Origin: Pirellula staleyi DSM 6068
Lineage (GTDB): Bacteria > Planctomycetota > Planctomycetia > Pirellulales > Pirellulaceae
Assembly: GCA_000025185.1 (NCBI GenBank)
Contig: CP001848.1
Location: forward strand, 3,750,001-3,782,000
Length of the DNA: 32,000 nucleotides
Reading direction: 5' to 3'
The notes under the pieces are model-generated. The model saw only the letters and a program-made list of their open reading frames with translations. It ran no database searches and had not been told where the DNA came from. Numbering within the stretch: the stretch's first letter is position 1; each line of letters starts with the position of its first letter. Shown here piece by piece: positions 24,113 to 32,000 of this stretch. Made by a program: the position numbers and the translations under genes.

Positions 24113-26518
24113 TCACACCAACCCACAACGCTTTCGCAGCAGCCACTCCGCTGTTAAGAGGGCGATGATGGAAATCGCCACAATCGGAAGGTTCCACAGC
24201 GGCTGCGGAGGGAGCGACTCAATACGAACTTGACGTCCTGGCGGCAGATCACGCGTCAGTTCAGCAACGTTCGCAAGCGTATAGAACTTACCTTGCGAGA
24301 GCTCGGCAGCCTCGCGCATCGCAGCCGCATCCATTCGCACACTCGCAAGTTCACCAGGAGGTGAGACAATCTCAAACGATTTCACGAGCGGCTTACCAGC
24401 AGGCTCGGGAGTGGCAATTGTCCATTGATATTTCCCCTCGGCGAGTTGCGGCACTGTTGCTTCAAAGAGACCACGGCTCGCATTGTCGCGCCGTAAAGTG
24501 ATCGTCCGTCGCTGACTCCCTTCGCGCTCCAGTTGTATCGTCACCCCATCATCGGCGGCTGGTGCATCGCGATCGTCGAAATAACGTGCCCTCAGCTTGA
24601 CGACATCACCCCGACGATACTCCTCGCGATCACTTGTCAGCTCGACTTTGCGATCACCTCCCAAAAGTGAAGACCGCGCGAGATAGCGAACCAGTTGAAT
24701 CCAGTAGCGAGCAAAATATCGATCACCATGACGATAGCGCCAGCGATGCGTTTCATCGGTTGCATGAAATACCACTTTTCCTGCCCCTACAAACGACAGC
24801 GTGAAGAGTGGTGAACTATCACGATACTGGCTATCGCTAGGAAAAGTAGCTAAGGTGCGAACACCTGGTTTCAATTCACGAATCCGGGCAACCCATCGCA
24901 GATCGGCCAAATCACGCGACCAGACGGTACGATTCGCCGTCGACGAATCGGTGAGTTGCAGGAACGATGTGGAGGTTCCAAGGGGAGTTAGTTGCGGTCG
25001 CTGACCTGTACGTATCGGCACGTTTTCCGGGGGAAGTTCTACCGATGCAATGTTCATCGGCAACAAATTCTCAATCGGTGTGTCTTGATAGGCCATCGGC
25101 ATGTAACGCGGGCCAGCCATCATTACAATCGAGCCTCCTCGCTCGGTCACAAATTCTTCGATGTGCTCAAGTGTTGCTGGCGAAAGAAGTGCGGGATTGA
25201 CGTCCCCCAGAATGATCACATCGTACTCAAATAATTCCTCGCGACTGATCGGAAAAACACGCTGTGCGGAGAGGTCGGTGTCGGCGTACTCAAGATCAGC
25301 CTCTTGAAGCACCGAGCGAAAACTGCGAGCCGATCGCTCGGTCTTCTCGCGGTTTAGCTCTCGTTCGAATGTCGACTTCAGAAACCGAAATTCATAGTTC
25401 GGATAAGCTTGCACCAATAGCACGCGAATCGATTCCTCCGTTGCTACGACACGATGCGTGAGACGATTGTTCGTGCGATTGACTTCTCCCTCTTGAGGAA
25501 CCACTTCGATGGTGTAGTCAAAAGTCCCTTCGGTTTCGATGCGATGCGACAGCCGAATGCTTTGCGTCGGAGACGCGAGATTCACCGTCTGCTCTGCCAC
25601 GGGGCGAGGATTACCCGCAACAAACAGTCGCACGATGGCGCGTCCCTGAACCGACTCGCTCGCGAGCTGAAAATCGAAGTTCACTAGATCGCCGACAAAA
25701 GCGGTGCTCTCTGCAACTAAGTCGGAGATCCGCAAGTCGCGGGCAGGCTGATCGCTGCCAAGTCCCACGAGAAATAGCGGAATTCCTTTGCGGCTTGCAT
25801 AGCTGGCTGCTTCGCTCAAGGGACGTCCCTCTGTCGTCACACCATCCGACAAAACAATGATACCCGCCGTTGGGCGCCCGCGCTGCTGATCGATGATGTC
25901 TCGCAAAGTCTTGCCAAGTCTCGTCGACGAATCGCGAGCAGAGATCGCGCGGATAGATGTCTCGAGTGTATCGGGCTGAACATCGCGAGGGCGAGCCGAG
26001 CGACCAATCACGTAGTATTTCAGTGAGTAACGGCGCGAAAGTTCATCTACGAGTCCATGGTTGTTTTCAAGCAGCAGCATCTTGGCAAGATTCACGCGGG
26101 TCGAATCATTGAGCGATAGTGCATCGAGCCTTTTGCGTAGTTGAGGCTGAAGCGCGTTGCCATAGTGATCGGCGAGGCTCATGCTTTCGCTATCGTCGAT
26201 GGCAATCACGAGGTCAGGTAGGTCGGTCCGATGCTGTTGCCAGGTCCAGCCAAGGAGCATCAATACGACGATCGTTATCACACTTGCGCGAAGGGTGGCG
26301 AATAGCATGCGCCAAAAGAAACTGGCCCGTGGCGACTCGCGCAGGTAAATGAGCACCACTGTGGAAATCAAAGTGATGGCGACGAGTGGTAAAATCCACC
26401 ACGCGAGGGGCCAGCTTTGGTCGATAGATGTTTCGAGCGCTTGTGTCTTTACGCTGGAGGATACGCTTCCTGGAACCGTCGATTGCGCGAACATGAACGA
26501 GGAGAATCGCGTCATCAT
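24113..26518 (-). CDS. Double-anchored vWA-domain membrane protein with a GATase1-like middle domain
   Basis: ATG at 26518 forms ATGA with the upstream stop and has AAAGGGG 7 nt upstream (alternative ATG at 26545). Two N-terminal TM helices. MIDAS motif VIAIDDSESM and IIVLSDGVTTEG. YDVIILG...FVTERGGSIVMMAG. C-terminal anchor LPIVAISIIALLTAEWLLRKR. Confidence 0.85.
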   Translation of the reverse strand: MMTRFSSFMFAQSTVPGSVSSSVKTQALETSIDQSWPLAWWILPLVAITLISTVVLIYLRESPRASFFWRMLFATLRASVITIVVLMLLGWTWQQHRTDLPDLVIAIDDSESMSLADHYGNALQPQLRKRLDALSLNDSTRVNLAKMLLLENNHGLVDELSRRYSLKYYVIGRSARPRDVQPDTLETSIRAISARDSSTRLGKTLRDIIDQQRGRPTAGIIVLSDGVTTEGRPLSEAASYASRKGIPLFLVGLGSDQPARDLRISDLVAESTAFVGDLVNFDFQLASESVQGRAIVRLFVAGNPRPVAEQTVNLASPTQSIRLSHRIETEGTFDYTIEVVPQEGEVNRTNNRLTHRVVATEESIRVLLVQAYPNYEFRFLKSTFERELNREKTERSARSFRSVLQEADLEYADTDLSAQRVFPISREELFEYDVIILGDVNPALLSPATLEHIEEFVTERGGSIVMMAGPRYMPMAYQDTPIENLLPMNIASVELPPENVPIRTGQRPQLTPLGTSTSFLQLTDSSTANRTVWSRDLADLRWVARIRELKPGVRTLATFPSDSQYRDSSPLFTLSFVGAGKVVFHATDETHRWRYRHGDRYFARYWIQLVRYLARSSLLGGDRKVELTSDREEYRRGDVVKLRARYFDDRDAPAADDGVTIQLEREGSQRRTITLRRDNASRGLFEATVPQLAEGKYQWTIATPEPAGKPLVKSFEIVSPPGELASVRMDAAAMREAAELSQGKFYTLANVAELTRDLPPGRQVRIESLPPQPLWNLPIVAISIIALLTAEWLLRKRCGLV

Positions 26519-28755
26519 CGGCGAGTCCCCTTTCCAAGTTTCCATGCGATCAGAGATTCGGTTATCAGAAGGCCAAGCAGGGCAGATAGGATCCAGCGGA
26601 AGGCAGGTGTATTCTGTCGTCGAAGTGATTCTTGCTGCAGCGATACCGAAGCGTCACTAGGCTGAATTTCGCGTGGCAGTGACGCAGCATCGATTCGCGT
26701 TAGATCACTTTCCCGCGTGTCGACATTCACAGCAATCACTTGTTTCAGTAGCGGATTGCCTCCGACGAAGTCCACCTCATACGGCCCCGAAAGAAGCGGG
26801 GCGGCAAACTGCCAGCGCGGCTGACGGGCAACATTCGTCGCAGTCACACGTTGCTCGCTTCCGTCAGGAAGCGTGATTTCAATTTCACTTGTCGCTACTT
26901 CCGGAGGAATCTCTCCCGAGAGATCCTCTCCCACCAGGGCATTACGCGCGACGAGTTGAGGGGTGATTGCGACATCCAAAATGCGGTGCACAAGTGGCGG
27001 AAAACTGGGCCATGAAGACCAGGCCGACCAAGGTCCAGGTGGATCGAGTTCACTGTCGATCGTATCACTCGAAGCCGCAATTGCCGAGAGAATGACGCGT
27101 CCTTTTCCATACGCACCCTCCACCAGCATCGGTGTTCCATCCGAAAGTCCAACCGCAGCGATTGCGCTGGGGCGGAGCAGCAACTTCTGGTGTCGCCAGA
27201 TCGGAATCGTGAGCAGTCCACTGCGGTCGTGTCCCCGAAATGGAGCAGTGATCGGATGTAAATAATCAAGCGGATCGACTCGAAACTCACCTGCCGGTGA
27301 GGGGCCCTCGAGTTTGGCGGGTAAGAGCGGAATCGTTTCTAGAAGCGCTTGATTGTACGAAGCAATATTGGTGTCGCTTCCGAGTAGCACCACGAGTCCA
27401 CCTCCCGCCTCGACATAATCCGCGAGCATTTTGGCTTCGGAAGAGGTGATGGTGGCAACTTCTGCGAGCATCACGCAGTCGTACTGAGAGAGTGTTTGTT
27501 CGGCGAGTGTTGATTCGAGTATTTCGGTCACTTGCACGTCGCTACCAGTCAGAAGTTCTGGCGCAAGTGCGATGGCTAGGCTCCGCGTACTGGCTGCGCG
27601 ACTACCAACCAGAAGTACCGAGACGCTAGAACGGACCCGCATGGAAAGGGATCGCGTGTTGTCGATGGCGAGTGCATCGTCGGCTAGATGGACTTCGATG
27701 AGATGCTCGCCTGGAGCTGCAATCGAGGTGGTGAAACTAGCCGAGGCTTTGGAGTTTGCCTCGATGCTGAGCGATTGTTCGGCGACGATGTTGCCATCTA
27801 CTTTGAGTTGCAGCAAGCGATTACTGACGTCGTCGGGTGAGAAATTTTGAAGTTCGGCGTCGATGGTAAAAGGCCGCGAAGTGGTCGCGATTGGTTCGCT
27901 AGGCAAAAGACTCGTGATAGCGAGATTACCAGTTTCACGGCTCCCAAGCTCGATCAGCGAAACAACGGAACTGGAGCTGATTTCCTTGAGTTTTCCGCTG
28001 ATTTCGCGGGAGTTGGTATCACTCCATGTGCTGCGTCCAAGATCGGTGAATAGCAGCACGCGCCGCGATGTGAGTCGCGGGTGGCTGCGGACTGCCTCTT
28101 CGAGCAACGTTTCGACGAGGGCAAGCGTCGCCCGCAAATCGGCACCACCATGCAGCATCTCGAGATTGCTCACCTCTTCGGCGACATCGCTGGCATCGAA
28201 CGAAACTTGGCCGATCGTAGCACGTGGAGGATCGGCCATTTGCACGAGTAAAAAACCATCTCCTTGGCGAGAACTTTCGATGACCGAAAGCATGCGACGC
28301 TGCGCTTCTTCGAGACGAGACTTGCCATACGCTGTGAAGAGCGGTGCAGCGGGAGCAATCGCGTCGGGGCTCTCTCCGGGAGTCGCCGCTGCACTGATGG
28401 CATCACGCGTCAGCATCGAAAAACTACTGTCGACAACCAAAATCGTTAGTTGTCGCGTCCCATCACTTTCGCTCCGATCGGTACCCAGTCCCACAAAAAG
28501 TGGATTGGCCACCGCAAGGGCCAGCAAGAGCAGTACGAGGGTGCGAACCGCCAGCAGTAACCACTGCTCGAGCAGGATGCGTCGCGAATGTTTACGAGCC
28601 GCCGCGATCAGAAACTCCATCGCCGCGAACTTCACCTCGCGCGAGCGCCACTTGCTCAGCAAATGGATTACCAGCGGAATAGCAGCTGCGGCGGCGAATA
28701 CCAGCATCCCTGCGCTGGCAAGCTGCCAATAGGCGAGCGGAAGAGCCAGGGGCAT
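26515..28755 (-). CDS. BatA-N (aerotolerance-regulator N-terminal double-TM) / vWA-domain membrane protein
   Basis: ATG at 28755 overlaps the DUF58 stop (TGATG). N-terminus AAAAAIPLVIHLLSKWRSREVKF...LLLAVRTLVLLLLALAVANP is the BatA-N pattern. MIDAS motif ILVVDSSFSM. YDCVMLA...LADYVEAGGGLVVLLG. C-terminal anchor FRWILSALLGLLITESLIAWKLGKGTRR. Confidence 0.85.
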   Translation of the reverse strand: MPLALPLAYWQLASAGMLVFAAAAAIPLVIHLLSKWRSREVKFAAMEFLIAAARKHSRRILLEQWLLLAVRTLVLLLLALAVANPLFVGLGTDRSESDGTRQLTILVVDSSFSMLTRDAISAAATPGESPDAIAPAAPLFTAYGKSRLEEAQRRMLSVIESSRQGDGFLLVQMADPPRATIGQVSFDASDVAEEVSNLEMLHGGADLRATLALVETLLEEAVRSHPRLTSRRVLLFTDLGRSTWSDTNSREISGKLKEISSSSVVSLIELGSRETGNLAITSLLPSEPIATTSRPFTIDAELQNFSPDDVSNRLLQLKVDGNIVAEQSLSIEANSKASASFTTSIAAPGEHLIEVHLADDALAIDNTRSLSMRVRSSVSVLLVGSRAASTRSLAIALAPELLTGSDVQVTEILESTLAEQTLSQYDCVMLAEVATITSSEAKMLADYVEAGGGLVVLLGSDTNIASYNQALLETIPLLPAKLEGPSPAGEFRVDPLDYLHPITAPFRGHDRSGLLTIPIWRHQKLLLRPSAIAAVGLSDGTPMLVEGAYGKGRVILSAIAASSDTIDSELDPPGPWSAWSSWPSFPPLVHRILDVAITPQLVARNALVGEDLSGEIPPEVATSEIEITLPDGSEQRVTATNVARQPRWQFAAPLLSGPYEVDFVGGNPLLKQVIAVNVDTRESDLTRIDAASLPREIQPSDASVSLQQESLRRQNTPAFRWILSALLGLLITESLIAWKLGKGTRR

Positions 28756-29654
28756 CAAGGGCTCCTCGCGCTGCTGTGTCCCAGCATCTCGGCAATCGAT
28801 CGATCAAGAGGTTGATCGGTGATGCACTGGTAGTAATGAATCCCCTGACTACGACAGCCACCTTCGAGTGCCTGCTGATACTTCTTAAACTCTGCTTGGT
28901 AGGCATCACGCAGCAGTTGTGGATCGGCGGTGAGTTCAGGCCACGCCTCGAGCCCCTTAAAAAGGGTGCTCCCTTCATAGGGAAAATCAATTTCAGCGCG
29001 ATCGAGCAGGTGCAGCAGCAGCACGTCGTGTTGGCGATGTCGCAAATGTGCAAGTCCCGCCAGCATCGATTTTACATCGTCGAGAAAGTCGCTTAACACG
29101 ACAACAATTCCACGACGTTTCCAGCGCGACGCAAGCTCGTGGAAAATGGGACCAGCAGACGTTTTTTCACCCCGAGCTGGCTGGTCGAGAATCTCAACGA
29201 GTTCCTTGAGATGTCCAGGGCCCGATGCCGGTCGTACGACTGAGCGCAGTTCGCGATCAAAGGTAGCGAGTGCCACGCTGTCGTTCTGACCAACGACGAG
29301 CCAAGCGAGGTGGGCCGCCAGGAGCTGCGCGTATTCGAGTTTGCTCAGTCCCTGGTCATCGCTACGAAACGTCATGCTCTCACTGACGTCGACTACCAGG
29401 TAGCCGATCAGATTCGTTTCATCCTCAAATTGCTTGAGGTAGAACTTGTCGGTTCGCGCAAAGAGCTTCCAGTCGACGTAGCGCAAATCATCGCCCGGCG
29501 CATACTGACGATGCTCGGCAAATTCGATCGAAAAACCACGGAGTGGACTGGCATGCAGTCCAGCAACGTAGCCTTCGACGAGGTGCGTGGCACGCAGCCG
29601 CAGCGATCGCAGCTTAGCGAGCGTCTGCGGATCGAAATAGTTGAGCGTGCTCAT
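28755..29654 (-). CDS. DUF58-family protein (vWA-like, MoxR partner)
   Basis: From ATG 29654: MSTLNYFDPQTLAKLRSLRLRATHLVEGYVAGLHASPLRGFSIEFAEHRQYAPGDDLRYVDWKLFARTDKFYLKQFEDE, the canonical DUF58 block. VVDVSESM. It overlaps the MoxR 3' end by 41 nt. Confidence 0.85.
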   Translation of the reverse strand: MSTLNYFDPQTLAKLRSLRLRATHLVEGYVAGLHASPLRGFSIEFAEHRQYAPGDDLRYVDWKLFARTDKFYLKQFEDETNLIGYLVVDVSESMTFRSDDQGLSKLEYAQLLAAHLAWLVVGQNDSVALATFDRELRSVVRPASGPGHLKELVEILDQPARGEKTSAGPIFHELASRWKRRGIVVVLSDFLDDVKSMLAGLAHLRHRQHDVLLLHLLDRAEIDFPYEGSTLFKGLEAWPELTADPQLLRDAYQAEFKKYQQALEGGCRSQGIHYYQCITDQPLDRSIAEMLGHSSARSP

Positions 29655-30669
29655 CGCGGGCGAGTGGTTCGTCGCTGGGGAGTGGGATTTTGGCGAGGAG
29701 TTTGCGAATGATCTCGTCGGAAGAGAGGCCAGCAGCATCGGCGGCGTAGGTCGTTTTCAGACGATGGCGTAGCACAGGAAGGGCAACTGCTACCACATCG
29801 TCGTGGGTCACAAAAAGTCGACCGGCAAGTGCAGCGCGGGCCTTCGCGGCCAGGACTAAATACTGCGAAGCACGAGGGCCAGCGCCCCACTGCACATACT
29901 CGCGTACAAAGTCGGGGGCGAGTGGATCGCTCTTGCGAGTGGAGCGAGCGAGCGCTAGTGCGTAGCGGGCGACATGGTCGGCAATTGGAATTTTCCGGAC
30001 CACACGCGAGAGGTGAATAATGCTCGCTGCATCGAGTGTGGGGGCAATCGTCGTTTCGATATCGGCTGTCGTTCGTTTGACGATTTCCAATTCTTCATCG
30101 TGCGAAGGATAGTCGACCCAGACTTGAAACATGAATCGATCGAGCTGTGCTTCGGGGAGAGGATACGTCCCCTCTTGCTCAATGGGGTTTTGCGTTGCCA
30201 GCACAAAAAACGGATCGGGGAGTGGATGCTTTTGGCCCGCAACCGTGACTTGCCGTTCCTGCATCGCCTCGAGCAGCGCGGCTTGTGTTTTCGGCGGAGT
30301 CCGGTTGATTTCGTCGGCCAGCACAATACTGGCAAAAACAGGACCTCGCAGAAATCGAAACGAGCGTTCCGAAGTGGTGCGATTCTCTTGAATTACTTCG
30401 GTCCCGGTGATGTCGGAGGGCATCAAGTCGGGAGTGAATTGCACGCGCGAGAATGAAAGATCAAGCGACTCGGCAAGGGAACGGACGAGAAGCGTTTTGG
30501 CAAGTCCCGGGACACCTACGAGTAAGCAGTGACCGCGCGCAAAGAGGGTGATCAGCAGTTGCTCGATCACTTCCGTTTGACCGACCACTACTTTGGAAAG
30601 TTCGGCTGTGATCCGTTCACGCGCAATCCGGAGCTTGTCGACAGCTTGGCGATCGTCGTACTGTTCCAT
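29614..30669 (-). CDS. MoxR-family AAA+ ATPase
   Basis: Walker A GVPGLAKT, Walker B VLADEINR, ATQNPIEQEGTYPLPEAQLDRF. 351 aa, with about 21 residues beyond the usual ...IPLP end. Confidence 0.92.
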   Translation of the reverse strand: MEQYDDRQAVDKLRIARERITAELSKVVVGQTEVIEQLLITLFARGHCLLVGVPGLAKTLLVRSLAESLDLSFSRVQFTPDLMPSDITGTEVIQENRTTSERSFRFLRGPVFASIVLADEINRTPPKTQAALLEAMQERQVTVAGQKHPLPDPFFVLATQNPIEQEGTYPLPEAQLDRFMFQVWVDYPSHDEELEIVKRTTADIETTIAPTLDAASIIHLSRVVRKIPIADHVARYALALARSTRKSDPLAPDFVREYVQWGAGPRASQYLVLAAKARAALAGRLFVTHDDVVAVALPVLRHRLKTTYAADAAGLSSDEIIRKLLAKIPLPSDEPLARDEHAQLFRSADAR

Positions 30670-30849
30670 CCGTTACTCGCTGGTTGGTCTAACGTGAATC
30701 ACGCTGATTGCGGGCTGCTCATCGACACACGAAACGAAGTTGGTTGCTCGTCGAGAATCATCAGAAGAGCAGCCGGAAAAGCTCGTGTCATTTCTATTAA
30801 GTGTACGCTGGTGCAAGGCTATCGCGAAGCGGCAAACTGCGGTGAAGCT

Positions 30850-32000
30850 TTACTTCATCGTATCTGGGGGCGAGAGCGGAAGTGGAAAGCAAATCAGTTC
30901 TTCGCCGGTTACCAGAAGCAAGGAGTTTCCCGCTTGCACAAGATTTCCGCCGGAAAAGCCACGCTGAGAGAGAATGATTTCACCCAGAGGCTGTGGAATC
31001 ATCCCCAGCGGGCCCCGCGTTGGGCTCGTCGAGAAGAGATAGATGCTGTCGCGGGTCGGAAAGTAGACTTGCGAGCCGATGATAAGTCCGCGGCCGAGCC
31101 CGCGCGGATTCGCAGCTGCGTCTCCCGCCGTCCCTGGGGAACCAGCGGGAAATTGCGAGGCGAGTGTTCCAGTGCGAGTGTCGATCCAGTAGAGCCAGTC
31201 GCCACTTGCCAGTAGATAGTCCCCTTGCACTCCCAGCAGATGCATGGCGTCGCGGCACAACGAGGCGGGCAATGCCCAGAGCATACGACCACTCAGCCGA
31301 TCGAGGGCAAAGATCCGGTCGCAGTCGGATGGTGCGCAAATCACCATCGAGTCGTGCACTAAGCAGGGGGTGAGATCGCGAAAGAAAACATCGTCGGATT
31401 GATCTGCGTCGGCGCTGCGAAAAGTAGAGCGTGGATAGCGGTGCATCCACGAAAGCTTCCCCGAACGTGAATCAAGCGCAGCGATGAGCCCTTGCCCTGA
31501 ATTCACGAAAAGTTGGTGGCCATCGAGCGACAACAGGTGGTGCGAGAGTTCGTCGATATCGCCGTTGCCGAGCGTTGCCGATGAGGCGAGTCGAGTGCGC
31601 CAGCGAAGCGTTCCAGTAGGGCGAAAATCGGCTGCATTTCCGTCTGCTGGGGGTGGCGATGATCCGTGGGCAAATGCAGCGACATAGAGTTGTGAGCGGC
31701 CTCCATCGACACGCCGCATCAAGACAAACAGCCCCTCGTCGCTGACCACTGGGGTCCCTTCAAAACTCCAGAGGCTCGACTCGGGGCGAATCGGAAATCC
31801 ATCCACCGGTTTGCCATCGGCCGTGAGGTCGTAGCCCCAGAGCGACGCTTGATCAGCTGCCAGAAGTCGATTGACGCGCCGCGAAGATGCTCCGGTGATT
31901 GGAGAACCCATGCGCGAATAGACGATGCCGCGATGGGCGGTGAGTGTGAATCTCGCGACCCCAAAATGGCGAATCAAATTGGCATGCGTGTCACTGACGT
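30850..32000 (-). CDS. PQQ-like beta-propeller repeat protein (BamB/PQQ_2-like), 5'-partial: the N-terminus lies beyond the window
   Basis: The frame stays open from 31977 to the window edge (the track's start at 31977 is only a TTG). Recurrent propeller blades with G-x-L-x-W motifs (GTLRWRTRL, GKLSWMHRY, GRMLWALPA, GTLASQFPA). Confidence 0.75.
   Translation of the reverse strand, partial: VSDTHANLIRHFGVARFTLTAHRGIVYSRMGSPITGASSRRVNRLLAADQASLWGYDLTADGKPVDGFPIRPESSLWSFEGTPVVSDEGLFVLMRRVDGGRSQLYVAAFAHGSSPPPADGNAADFRPTGTLRWRTRLASSATLGNGDIDELSHHLLSLDGHQLFVNSGQGLIAALDSRSGKLSWMHRYPRSTFRSADADQSDDVFFRDLTPCLVHDSMVICAPSDCDRIFALDRLSGRMLWALPASLCRDAMHLLGVQGDYLLASGDWLYWIDTRTGTLASQFPAGSPGTAGDAAANPRGLGRGLIIGSQVYFPTRDSIYLFSTSPTRGPLGMIPQPLGEIILSQRGFSGGNLVQAGNSLLLVTGEELICFPLPLSPPDTMK

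Noticed and set aside
17016-30669. Reading the MoxR/vWA cluster as an anti-phage or conflict system of the vWA-MoxR type.
   Set aside because: I saw no effector-type domains (caspase-like protease, TIR, nuclease, pore-forming toxin, NTPase sensor). There are no mobile-element or defence-island neighbours. All non-ATPase components carry signal peptides or membrane anchors. An envelope-associated Bat-like role fits better.
1-32000. A search for CRISPR arrays, tRNA/rRNA/tmRNA/RNase P signatures, IS elements, integrases and long tandem or terminal inverted repeats.
   Set aside because: I found no regularly spaced direct repeats, no T-arm (GGTTCGAnTCC-like) or other hallmark RNA motifs, and no transposase- or integrase-like ORFs by eye. 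A covariance-model or repeat-finder run would be needed to exclude small or degenerate elements.

Overview
Gene-dense chromosomal window, moderately GC-rich by eye. It holds 24 well-supported protein-coding genes, a probable gene start at the left edge, and a gene running off the right edge. I saw no rRNA, tRNA, CRISPR array, transposase, integrase or phage genes. The gene content looks like a Planctomycetota (Pirellulales-like) genome, which is an inference only: an exported CxPxR sulfatase, a PQQ-type beta-propeller, an NPCBM-domain protein, a Tat-signal prenyltransferase-fold protein, a signal-peptide PCMT fusion, a MoxR/DUF58/BatA-vWA cluster and an archaeal-type ApgM. Order left to right:
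- a long AT-richer non-coding leader
- a small membrane protein
- the exported PCMT fusion
- an HExxH membrane protein
- an HpcH-aldolase / UPF0261 / PEP-hydrolase-like trio
- the sulfatase
- an ABC ATPase coupled to a 746-aa envelope protein with no permease
- a MazG-like gene divergent from a Rieske gene
- pgi, an MBL hydrolase and an exported protein on one strand, divergent from apgM
- a 13.7-kb minus-strand cluster (30669 down to 17016).

That cluster is the best candidate for an undescribed system. It has a MoxR AAA+ / DUF58 / two double-anchored vWA core, tightly overlapped. In place of the canonical Bat partners it carries a 1214-aa membrane-anchored helical giant, a P/S/Q-rich secreted protein sharing a DSLESxLL motif with the giant's C-terminus, a Tat-exported alpha/alpha-toroid protein and an NPCBM protein. 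All family calls come from motif and sequence recognition by eye. No searches were run.
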